Source of the DNA: Phoronis australis
Taxonomy: Eukaryota > Animalia > Phoronida
DNA length: 64,000 bases
Assembly (NCBI GenBank): GCA_002633005.1
Contig: NMRA01000066.1
Location: forward strand, 506,940 to 570,939
Direction: 5' to 3'
Shown: positions 24,801-36,800 of the stretch, in pieces
Layout of the letters: every line of letters begins with the position of its first letter
Position numbering within the stretch: position 1 is the stretch's first letter
The notes under the pieces: model-generated
Databases searched by the model: none
What the model saw: only the letters and a program-made list of their open reading frames with translations
Told to the model about the DNA's origin: nothing
Translations under genes and position numbers: made by a program

Positions 24801-27800
24801 TACTTCCTGAAATTGGTTTCGGTTTCTGTCGGGAACTATAATTCTTGGGAGACGGACGTTCACAACGGCACTAAACTAAGGCACTATGTCCTAAACCTAA
24901 TTTTTTTTGCAAATTATGGGTGTGGGCGTGATTCGCGTGAACCCAAAACTTGGGCATTTGTAATCATCATGAGTGTTGCAAGACTGATCCTGTAAAAAGT
25001 TTCTGTTCTGTTGCATCCTTTTCTCCCTCTTGCAAATCACTTGGTATTAGACTCAAGTATCGCCAGCTTCAAGTTATGAGCTTATTCATGTAACTAGGGC
25101 CTTATCATAAATATAGACACGTCACAATTGGCATCTTATGGAGTGTCATATTTTCCCACTGTGTACTGACATCTTGTCAGTGATGATACATGTGCTATTG
25201 TGAGGAGACATTATACACTGCACATGTAGCATGAGTTGAACGTTATTTGGAAGTGTCTTCATTCCCATTTGGAAATTTCCTCATTCCCATTTGGAAAAGC
25301 AGTATGGGAAACTTTTGAAGTATAGACAGGTCAAGGAATCTGTTTTATCCATTACTGTATCTCATTTGATCCCTGTTCATGTATGAGATGGGAATCGTAG
25401 TGATTGACAGCCTTGGTGATGGGTGTATTTGATATAGACTTCTTGAACCTGAGGCAGAGGATTTTGTGTCACTTGAAGAAATCCATTATGTAATACATAG
25501 CTAGTCAGTGGTATATGTACCTGGGACAATACTAAGTGATGAAATGTCTTGTGAATAAAATCATGGTGGCCGAGTCAATACCAAATTTAATAATGTATTC
25601 ATCTCCCTGCGGGTTTGGTTCTGATATTACATGGATCATCTCCTGAAAGAAAGCTTGTTTGGTTGATGGTTATATGCAAGCTTTGAGGTAGAGATAATGC
25701 ACCTTCAAACTGTGGAAATTTTGTTTTATTTGATTTTAACTGCTTTGTGCTTATGAATCCGGGCAGTGCTGTAGTGGGGCGTAGGCGCATGTAGGCACAG
25801 TCATCAACCTTTTGGCATTTTAACATAGCGCCTAAGCACCGTAAGTTACGTTCAGTGCTCAAGGTGATATGGTGTGCTTTTGGCGCCTACTTCTAAAATT
25901 GCCACTACAACACTGAATCCGGGCTTGACTTTGGTAAACAAACATGACTTATCATTGTTGAAGTTTAGGAGCTGTAGTTGTTTTCTAATGTAATTGATTA
26001 ATTGAAATGTTTTGGACTGCAAAGCTTTCAGTATTTTTTGCATGCTTGACAGGGTCTGAACTTTTGTGGTACTTGGAAGCAATATCTAGTTTGCAGCTTT
26101 GAAAAATCAAAACATCGAGAATCAACAGATATTAGCAAGCCGATCCTTACTTCAATAGCTATCTGAAAAGAGATTTTGTTTCTAGTTGTTTACTTATGCG
26201 TTACGTTAGATTTTAAAACCGCTTGGAGTCAGAGCCAACTATGCTTTTTTGGCATTGTTGCCATAAGTAATGTAATGAAAGCTGGTTTACTGGAGAAATT
26301 TACTCATTCTTTCAACATTTGTCTGAACTGAACATTAAACATGTCCTAGGCTCTGAGGTTTTTGTTCTTTTCGTGAAGATCTGTTCAGTTTGTGTATACC
26401 ATTATCATTTTTGGACTTTACAAAAGCCTTTGATGTCATTCATGTTTCGTTCCAGACTGTGGCTACACATGCCACCACAAGTGTCAGAAGTCAGTCACAC
26501 TCGACTGCTCAGGGGGCGCTGGCAGCCTGCCGCCAGAGGAAGAAACGGCATTACATGATCCACCCGACGAGAAAGATCGCCTGGCTGTCTCACACACTGA
26601 TAAGGTGAGTTCTGGTATGCTATGATAAGTCTGGGAACTGATGTCTTCTTCTGGTTCCTTTGGTTCAATAGTTTAACCAAACGAAGTCAGTGTAATCTAG
26701 ATATTTTCTTTTGATTAATAGCTTCACCAAACGAAGGTAAACCAGATGTTTTTGTGAACAAAACGTAAAAGACATGTATCTAAACTAAATGTTTTCGAAG
26801 TGGCATTTCCTTGAAATTCACAGTAATTTTCAGTTGTTTTTCTTTGCCAAAACAGCCATTTGCCATTTTCAAAGGCTTGTTGCTGTGCTGCAAATATAAT
26901 GTAAACTTTATCAAATGTTGTTTTATGGCCGCTCCATAGTACAAACAAAGCTAGTTTCCATGCTCTCCAGAATGAATTTTGTCTTGATGTTTTTAAATCT
27001 TTATGTTCATTGAGTTTTTCAAGAATTTCACGTATTCTCCTTATTGGACTCTAATAGCTAAAATGCAAGTTATAAACATTTTCATAATTGGCCAACGCTT
27101 TCCAAAATTGACCCATATCTTATCAGTGGCTGGTATTCCTTTGGTTGATAAAATAGCGAAGAAAATTTGGGTGCCTGGCCCTAGGGTCTAATCCCTGCAC
27201 TCAAATCTTGTCTGGAAAATTGACCAGTTGCATGTCACGTTTCGAGAAAACTTACCAGTTTGTACACACATTGCCGATAGGTTAAATTTCTAGTTTTGAG
27301 TTCGGAGATTAGACCCTGGACCCTGTTGTGACTGGTAACCTGCCAATTTCAAGTTTTTCATACATTTTGAGATTAAGTGGGATTTATATGCTCAGTATAA
27401 TATTTGTTCATGTTTACAATGGAGTTATAAATGTTGTAACAATATTCAATGAACTGAAAACTCTAAGCATTTTAGTTTATGTTCCGTATGAACAGCGATG
27501 TGGTATAACAATGATTTAAATATTTTATGTGTAGTTTTACAGTGCTCTGAGATGCTTGTAAACGTTTAGTTTAGATATTGATTTGGGTCTAAATGCTCTC
27601 CTCAGTCTTTCATTTAGAAGTAGTCTCGGATTTTAATTAGACCTTGGCATTCAGAGGTCTGTGAAACACCTTCTCTGTCAATCAGTTAAGATTCAATTTG
27701 TTTCATTTTACACTGTCTGAAAATCGAAAATACAAGCACACATCAGTTGGTTCACTTCCAGTCTGTGAAGCTTACATAAGTTCAAACTGAAAAGCCTGGC

Positions 27801-30800
27801 AAGTGTCAAGCTTAGGAGTGTTGCTACAGACAGTTACATCATGCTGGCTAGGAATCTGTTGCATTAGCCTGCAATCTTTCTGTTTGTATAATAAATTTTG
27901 TTTTAATGAAAATATACATTAAAATACAGCAAATATTCAAGCTGATGGCCAAAGCAAGCATTCCAATCTGGTTTCATGCGAGAAGAGCAAGATCTCACAA
28001 AACTTTGCAATATCATGCTAGTGAAAGGCCAGTGTTTTGCAAGTGTACTCTGGAGCTTACTAGCAAAATGGCCTCCACCGAAGTGGTTGGTCAGCGAGGT
28101 TGAAGTGTTGAAATGAGACTTTAAATTCACTGCTTCTTTTGCATAAGTGAAGATTTTACGTCACAAGTGCAAACTAATGCTTTGTGGTCTACACAACTCA
28201 GCTCTGGTTAAAAGATGAAAATAGAAACATGTATTAGCACTTTAAGTTGGCGTACATGTTCCAAGTCTGTTCCTTCACTTCATTTACAGTGCAAAAAATA
28301 AATGCAGCCAGTCATGTGTATTATACACATGGTAGTCCGTGAGTGTATTGTTTTGGCGTGCTTAAGTAATGTTTTTCTCATTTGGCATTTAATTAATCAA
28401 CTGTATATAAAGACTAGAAAGGGGCATCCAACTAACTACAGGCAGCTGGTTTGTGATGTACTATAGCCAGAAATAAGAATCCAACTAATAACGTCTAGCT
28501 GGTTTGCGGTGTAATTTGGCGAAGTGCATCAATTTTCACTAATTGATAGCGAACATTAAATACATATTTCTTGGAAAGAATCAGAAATTGAGTGAAAATT
28601 AATCAGTCGTACTATTTTCTGGTGGAGTACAGTTTACGCCAGGGTCGCAGTCCCAACGGGCAAATCTAATCATCTGTGCTAGTTTTGGTAAAATGTTCCT
28701 GATGGAAATGAGAATGAAATGACTACTCTTATGTTCTGTTGGAATACTGAGATTTCATGAGGCTTTTGAGCACTTATTTAAGCCAATCTTTGTCAAGGTT
28801 AATAGTGCATGATTGATATTTTTGATAGTTTTCTCTAAACTTGAATTTCATTGGTCCCTCAATGACCAATTAGCTGGGTCAGCTTTGAAGATGACTACTG
28901 ATGAGTAAGATAAATATAGATTAACAAAAGATGTTCAATACAGTAAAAATCATATAGTTTGAGAATGAAAATTTAATTTGCTCAAGGTCAGAGCTGGTAT
29001 GAAATTTTAGAAATAGGAAATATTGGGTGTCCCAAATTTAATCATTGCACGCACTGTGGCAACATATGTTTCTTATAACCAATGTGCACAAGCTTGACTA
29101 AAACTGCTACTAGTAAGTTCTGTCAGCTTGTAAAACTGGTTTTCTAATGGATGCCCGATGAAATAAACATAAATCCTGTAGCCTGTTTGCCAGGTGGTAC
29201 ACTCCAGTGTGCTAAAATAAGATTTTTGCCACACTGCTAGAAGGATACCTTGGTAAGTGTTAGGTTACCTTGAACCTTATCAGTAAGTCTGTACATTTAG
29301 CCAAGTAAATAGGAACTGTTGAATTAAACTAAAGTGTATTACCGGTAATCAAAGTAGATAGCCTGTAAAATTTCATTTTCATACCGGTATGCTCAGGTAT
29401 AATTTATTCTTGCGCTTTGTGGGCTTAACTATTATACATTATATGTTCCATGATAAACATATTTTTAAATATCAGTCTGCCATTAATTAGGTCACGTGAC
29501 TATGTCGTTTTAGTAAAATTTTGAAAAAAAAATGAATAGCGTATTCACAAGGAGTGGTCAAATTTTGTTTGTTTAAATGTTCAAGACGAAGTATCAAAAA
29601 CGATGTTGCAGTTTTCAGAATTATTTTGTTTTATGCAGCTTTTGAGTTCTTTTCATAAAATTTATATAAGTCTGATTATTATAAACCCTCGTGCGAAAGC
29701 GAAACATCTTAAAAACAATTCCTAACTGCGTTTCAAAGAAGAGTGCATTACATAAATTGTATTATCTGAAAGTTTCATATGAATCCGATCAGCCATTTCT
29801 CTGATGCATTCCGAAATTTGAACCTTTTCTTTGGTCGTATATAACCTTATCATGTAACCTTGTCTCCGGTAGTCCCAAAAAGCAAAAAAGCATGGATTCT
29901 TGCTGTTAAAAGTTTTGTGCGGTTATTTGTCAGAAAATGAACACTTAAATAAATTTAAATAAATGCAGATTAACTTCCAACCTGCTCGTTTCCTCTGTTG
30001 TTTGTCCACAAATTAGTTGTAAGTAGCAGGTAATATCCAGTTCAACTTTATGAATTTAGCATCAATTTGAAGTACTCTCTCTGTCAATCAGGAATCACCG
30101 TGGCTACTGTTGCTAAGGCACACAGTCAAATTGTAATATAATCACTTTCTGGCATTTACGCCTATCACATTTTTTGAAGGTTTTTCTTTGGCTAACATCT
30201 TATACGATATTAATGATGACAAATGTATTTGTGCCATTTTAGACTTTGTAGGCTGATATTTACTGCGTATCTATTTTTTGACTATGTTATTTTGTGCCAA
30301 ATGGTTTTTTATGCTAATGTATGTGGATAATCCCATTGATGCTTTTTAAAATGATCCAGGAACTTGGTAATTAAATGTTATAGTACAGCAGAGTTAAGTT
30401 GAATGTTAAAAATGAAGTCTGAATAAAATAATTTATCCTATTATTTACAAACAAGAAACTGAAAGCAGGAGAAGTGAATGCTAGAATGGTTACCGTTTTT
30501 TGGGGGTTATACATTTTGCCAAAATTTAATGAAAAAGGTTGCATTTACCATATGTTGCTCTCAACTGTTTACTTGAGGTTTGACAGGTATGGTAAAGTCT
30601 CGCCAATTTAGGACACAATATGGCAGACAAGTAACAAGTTTTATTTTCTCATTTTTTTAAACGTTATTAAGTACCAAATTTACGTTTTTTCATGTTCAAA
30701 CTCTGTACCACTGCTACCACCAGACAATTTTTTAGAAATTTGAGGGTCCTCTCAACAATGTTAGAAACCTTAGAAGAATGAAAAGAAGGTAAGATTTTCA

Positions 30801-33800
30801 ATTATTTTTGTCCGCAGTTGGTGAGGTTTTACCATAACGTCTGACTGTACCACCGAATGGGGCACCAAACTAAAACATATTATTCCAAAAATGCAGTGAC
30901 CATACATTGTTTTTTATTTTTCCACTTTTTCATTGAAACTGAGCAAATGTGATGCAGGTTTCTCTTTCTTGTAACATTTTCACACAATGTGGTGGACGAG
31001 TTTAATTTTTGATTTTCAGCGGAAATTAAAGAAAATATCAGGCTATTATTAGGTTGAATTGTACTGTGAGTAGATGCCATAGATCAGCATTTGATTAAGT
31101 TTATATTATTTGCAGCGCACTGTTCAACCTCTGAAAAATAGACAACCCACAATTTTGATATTTTTGTGTGAAATACTGTGGTGGAGAATTACAATAGGTG
31201 ATTGCCTGTACTGGTGCCTATGTTTACTTGCGGTGGGGGTGGCGACACTCATGGGTCATTGACAACCAATGACTTGGCAAACCACAGGTTAACATCCTTG
31301 CTTTTGTGCATTTGAAAAAAGTACGAGGCCTTAACTGAAATTGATGAGGCCAGATGATTTTTTTTCTGTGAAGTTACTATACCTTCCATCGCACAAACTA
31401 ACATTTGATTTATGCCATTTACCAATTTGAAGTTAAATTTGTTTCAAATTGTTCTTTAACCAATTTGGAGGTGACTTAGAGTCTTCAAAAACTTACAGTC
31501 CATTACTGTTTGAGACCCGAGGCTGTATAAGTCGTCTAATCATGACTTGTCATTTCATTCAGCGAGCAATTGATCCCAAGGAAAAACAGTCAGTTCTTTG
31601 CAAACCCTAAAATCACTTCCCACCTGAGTAAGGAACAACTTTTAATAACCAATCTTATAGTGGTAAGTGGTCTAATTCATAAGTTAGTTTCTTGGGCATG
31701 ATGCAGGTATCAGCTGCCTTAAGGAGTATACTGAGGGCCCTTTCATATTGACTTAACTCCAGTCTGAGCGGAGTGTCGATGTAAACAGTGCAGTTAACTG
31801 GACTGTTCATACTGGCTTCGGTAGTTAATGACCATGGAAGTAAACGGTTGGTGGCACTGACGTCATCGAAGTTATCGTAAGGTAGCGCTGCACACTAAGA
31901 TTTTGTTCAATGTGACAATTCGGGAACATTTAAATGTGCTAAATGACATTAAACTTATTTTTAAATCGATTGGTTATCATTAAAGCAAAAAATAAGTAGG
32001 TATTAGTGACGGCACTACCTTGTAACTCTTGACGATAACAGTGGCACCTGGCGATAACTTTGATTGGACCGAAGTTAAGTGTTCATACTGCACCGCAGCG
32101 TCGACACTGTGCTATTAAATCCACCTGTTAACTGCGATGTTAACTAGAGCTGTTAACTGAAACCCAGGACCAGAGTTAAGTGTTCATACTGACCGCAACT
32201 CCCCAAATCATCGATGCGTCGACGTTAGTATGAAAGGCCCTTAAAACCTACTGCCGTATGCTTGTTGGCCTTAAAGGGACATAATTCGTTTTATGGGCAA
32301 AAAACACATTTCAGGGATTGTTGTTGGATAGGATAGGTTTCTTTGATTTATTAGCTTTGACCAAAGCTATATAACATGAAAATCCGTTGGGTTTTTGTGA
32401 TTTTATTACAAATTGCCAATTCTCGTCATTGTCTGCCAGACCTGGAAAGAAAGGCAGGTGAATTTACAAGTTAAATGTACTTAAAGTATTCTCCCATTTA
32501 TCGAGTACGGTTTAGCTCCAGTAACAAAGCATTGACCTGCAACCACTGGAGTTATGAGTTTGATTCCCTGCTGGGGCTGTTTTTAGATGAAATATCACTT
32601 TAACAGTTGTTAATTCTGGGTCCAGTGTCCCAAATAGGGACTCAACTCCCTAAATCTATTGTGTAATTTTGGACTTGTGAAAACATTGATTGCCCTTTCT
32701 TGTACTGTTTTAGTTTCATTACCAAGTCAGCTTTTGACTTTGATACTTATCGGAAGTGAACTCTACGTTGAATTGTTAACATTATCGAAAATAATTAGGG
32801 AACTTTTCCTGCAACACCCCCAATTTAAGAACTGAGTCCCTATTTATTTTCAATGAACTCTGGGCCCAGTTTTAGTTATTATTAGAAAATGTCATTGATC
32901 AAAGAGGAGCTCATAATAAAACTGAAATGATTGAAAAATATTGCATCTGCAAGTCCATTAAGACGCAAATACGCAAAAAGACTTAGGGACCTTAGTTGGA
33001 TCCCTATTTGGGACTATTTCATGAAACCGGCCTCTGAAATCCCGGTTCTGAATCATGTCGTGTGTACCAAACTTAAGGATCTTTTCTGTGACATTGAGTT
33101 TCTTGTTGATCCACGCATTCTCTTTCTATTTCTCCTACTAGTGTGAGACAGACTCAGGCTACAGTGGCTCTGGGGGTAAGGGCGAGAGGACCTTGACCCG
33201 GGATGACTTGAAGAGGAGTATCTGGCTTTTCAATGAACGGTTCCCCAATCTGGGCATGACTATGGTAAGGGTGATCACTGGATGCAGTAGCGTAATGTGT
33301 GATAGGCTGCTTTATGAACTTGCCATTCGAATGATTGTTTGTCTGACTTTTTTTTCTTGAGGANATTGCCAATTCTCGTCATTGTCTGCCAGACCTGCGT
33401 AATTTTGGACTTTTGAAAACATCGATTGCCTTTCTTGTACTGTTTTAGTTTCATTACTAAGTCAACTTTTGACTTTGATACTTATCGGAAGTGAACTCTA
33501 CGTTGAATTGTTAATATTATCGAAAATAATTAGAGAACTTTTCCTGCCACACCCCCAATTTAAGAACTGAGTCCCTATTTTTTTTCAATGAAATCTGGGC
33601 CCAGTTTTTAGTTATATTATTAGAAAATGTCATTAATCAAAGAGGAGCTCATAATAAAGATGAAATGATTGAAAAATATTGCATCTGCGAGTCCATAAAG
33701 ATGCAAATACGCAAAAAGACTTAGGGACCTTAGTTGGATCCCTATTTGGGACTATTTCATGAAACCGGCCTCTGAAATCCCGGTTCTGAATCATGTCGTG

Positions 33801-36800
33801 TGTACCAAACTTAAGGATCTTTTCTGTGACATTGAGTTTCTTGTTGATCCACGCATTCTCTTTCTATTTCTCCTACTAGTGTGAGACAGACTCAGGCTAC
33901 AGTGGCTCTGGGGGTAAGGGCGAGAGGACCTTGACCCGGGATGACTTGAAGAGGAGTATCTGGCTTTTCAATGAACGGTTCCCCAATCTGGGCATGACTA
34001 TGGTAAGGGTGATCATTGGATGCAGTAGCGTAATGTGTGATAGGCTGCTTTATGAACTTGCCATTCGAATGATTGTTTGTCTGACTTTTTTGCTTGAGGA
34101 AAGAATGTGGAAAATATTTGATTGAGAAAGGATTTTGTACCATGTATTACTGATTCAGAAAGCTTTTCTCTGTACGGGGCTGAATTTGTTATATGCAAGA
34201 AACTCGCAAAAAGGCAAGGTCACGAACGACTTGGAGATACAGCCAGACATTAGAAAGAAAGCATGTGATCACTCTAATTTTTATGGTGATTGTCTTGCAT
34301 CCACAGAACTTAACCTCAGTTTATTTTTTTTTAACAATACCACAATAATAAAGAATTGTCAGTTGCTACTGAAGTAAAAAGTTTCTGTGATTTTCGTATT
34401 CCTGCATGTTTCCCTAGGAGGTTGCTCTGTTTGGACAAATTCTAAGTCCCTGTCCTCAGTGTTTAATTGTTGTCTTTCGCCTGGTTAGTTCTTGAAATCA
34501 ATTTTGTAAGCTGTCTTCTGGAAATGACGAAACTCGTTAATGTCCAGTGTTGGCAAAAATAAAGGGAAGTGTCAAGTATGCGTGTCATCAGATGATAATG
34601 TGAATGAATGGGTGGTCAGACACCAAGACACTATGACTACAGATTGGTTGCTAATGCCTTTATAAACAATCCTTCTCATGATGGCAACTGGCCATAATAA
34701 AAATGTCCTTTTGAAAAAGGCGGGGTGGGATCGTCGGACAGTTTATATTGTCACCAATGTTTCAAAAACGTCCTGCTTCTTTCAGCCTGATGACGAAAAC
34801 ACATTCCACGGGTTCATCCACGTGAACATGAACCTGTCTCGACCAATCAACATGCGAGTGAGCCCGCGGCCGCCTTCAATCTATGACATTATGCAGCACG
34901 AGCTCGCTGAAGAGGACTTCAAGACGAAGATTCTCTCATTCTACTTGCCAAAGGATACCCTCAAAGCACTCCATATCTCCAGGTAAGTAAAATACCACTC
35001 TCGTACTGTGTCTCTGGGCATGCTCAAGGCACTCCGTATCTCCAGGTGAGCAACATACCACTCTCATACTGTGGCTCTGAGCATGCTCAAAGCACTCCCT
35101 ATCTCCGGGGTTAGCAACACACCTCTGTCTTACGCTGCCTCTGAACATGCTCAGGAGCAAAGAATTACATGGTGTATCAAAGCCTGATTACTTTATAATT
35201 GGCAATAAAGTAAGTGGTGAGATCGATCCTGCATTTGTGAATGATGGATACGTGGATGCATTCTACGCATAAGAATAAAAGTGAGAAGTGGGAGTATGCC
35301 CTATGTCTTATATTTCTTTTAGATTTTAGTATTCTAATTAAGTCTGTTCTGTTGCTCTTTCTGGCTAGATAAGGTTTTGTGAACAGAAATAAAAACTGAC
35401 GGAAGTTGAAATTGATGAGAAGCTACAGTTTGCCCTGTTTGGATGGCTCAAATTGAATTAGGTCTTTAAAACTGTGACTTCTAAAATGGCTCCTGTATGC
35501 ATTGACATTGCTTTGAGTTGGTGGTTCATTTACTCTAATAGGTACATTTCATGGTGAGCATTGTAATGCTATTCAACCTCAAAAGGCTTCCTTCAATAAT
35601 TTGATATCCACTGCTACATACAGGACGAAATACTGCTTTAAATAACGTTTGTGTGTTTATATTTAGTTGCACCACTGCTCAAGAGGTGATAGAAGTGTTA
35701 CTTAACAAGTTCAAGATCACAGACAATCCGCGCAAATTTGCTCTCTACGAGCAGACGCTAGAGAAAAGCTCGGAAGGTGGGTGGCACTCTGTTCTGAAAA
35801 ACAGTGTCTGTTTTTGTTCGTAACATAACGTTATATTGTTCTGATAGACCGTCCAGCTGTATCGGGCAGGCTGGTCCGGTCGGGCAGAAACGGCAGGTCT
35901 TTCTGCTCAGTTACTCTTTGTCGCACTTTAATCTGATGGTGTTAAGATAGGAGCTGCCTGAAGAATTAGGACGTTTGATTTAGTTTTTCGCCCTTTTTGT
36001 GGACGAAAACTGAGTCCATATTTGAATTTCTCATAAAAAATGAGTTATGACCATTTTCTCCCACAAAAATCGGTCAAGTTTTGTGGGAGATTATTGACAA
36101 CTTGATGCTGAATGAGGTCAGTGTGAATGAAAGTAGTTCACAATTGGTCAGACCTAATTATCAAATTGCCTGCAGCTGGAGACCAGACAAAGGCTTATTC
36201 ACATCACTGATAACGGCTGACCAGCTTATACTCCCTGAAGCCCCTAAGTTTGCCTCACAGGAAAAATGCTTGGCGTGGTGTTTTTCAGTGTATTTAATAA
36301 CATAACTGTACTATGCATTGTTGAATATTTGATGGTTAGCGACTCTTTCAAACATGCATTAATGATAATATCGGCAAAAGTGGTTTTCTGTACATTCACC
36401 ACCCTTATCTGCACATTTTGTATCATGGACTAAAACAGATGAGTGTTCTCAACAGTGTTAAAACTGTCTGCCAGTTTTGTTTAATTAACCAAGCGCATGT
36501 CCAATTCGAGTTTGTGTTTCGAACCAGTTGTTCTCTGTTGTCGCTATTTTTTCACTTTAGGAAGTGATCAAGTTGAACTTACTTGATTTTGTTTAGGCTG
36601 CTTAAATTTGTTCACATTGACCTTTTATACTGTGAGGTCACGTTGCCATGGTTGCAGGGCAGTGATGTTTCAAATAGGTCAAGTACATTGTTTGTGGTGG
36701 AATGGATTGTTGGTAGCACCACCAATATTTGCTCTTAAATTATTTCATGATTCTTATTCTGGTTTGTAATCACTGCAGTTCTGATTTCGGCCAGTGTCTT

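Larger units (their letters stand above)
32412..34100. repeat. Tandem duplication (32412-33363 and 33365-34100) flanking a single N and including a RASSF exon; probable allelic overlap
   Basis: Junction at the N at 33364. Copy 2 lacks about 217 bp (32445-32661) and has scattered substitutions. Confidence 0.88.

Noticed and set aside
32503-32577. Possible tRNA gene
   Set aside because: The A/B boxes and stems are degenerate and the segment is absent from the other duplicate copy, so it is treated as a SINE-like remnant.
34786-34800. CTGATGACGAAA resembling a minimal hammerhead ribozyme core
   Set aside because: It lies in RA-exon coding sequence (PDDEN), and I saw no supporting stems. Other CTGATGA hits lacked a correctly placed GAAA.
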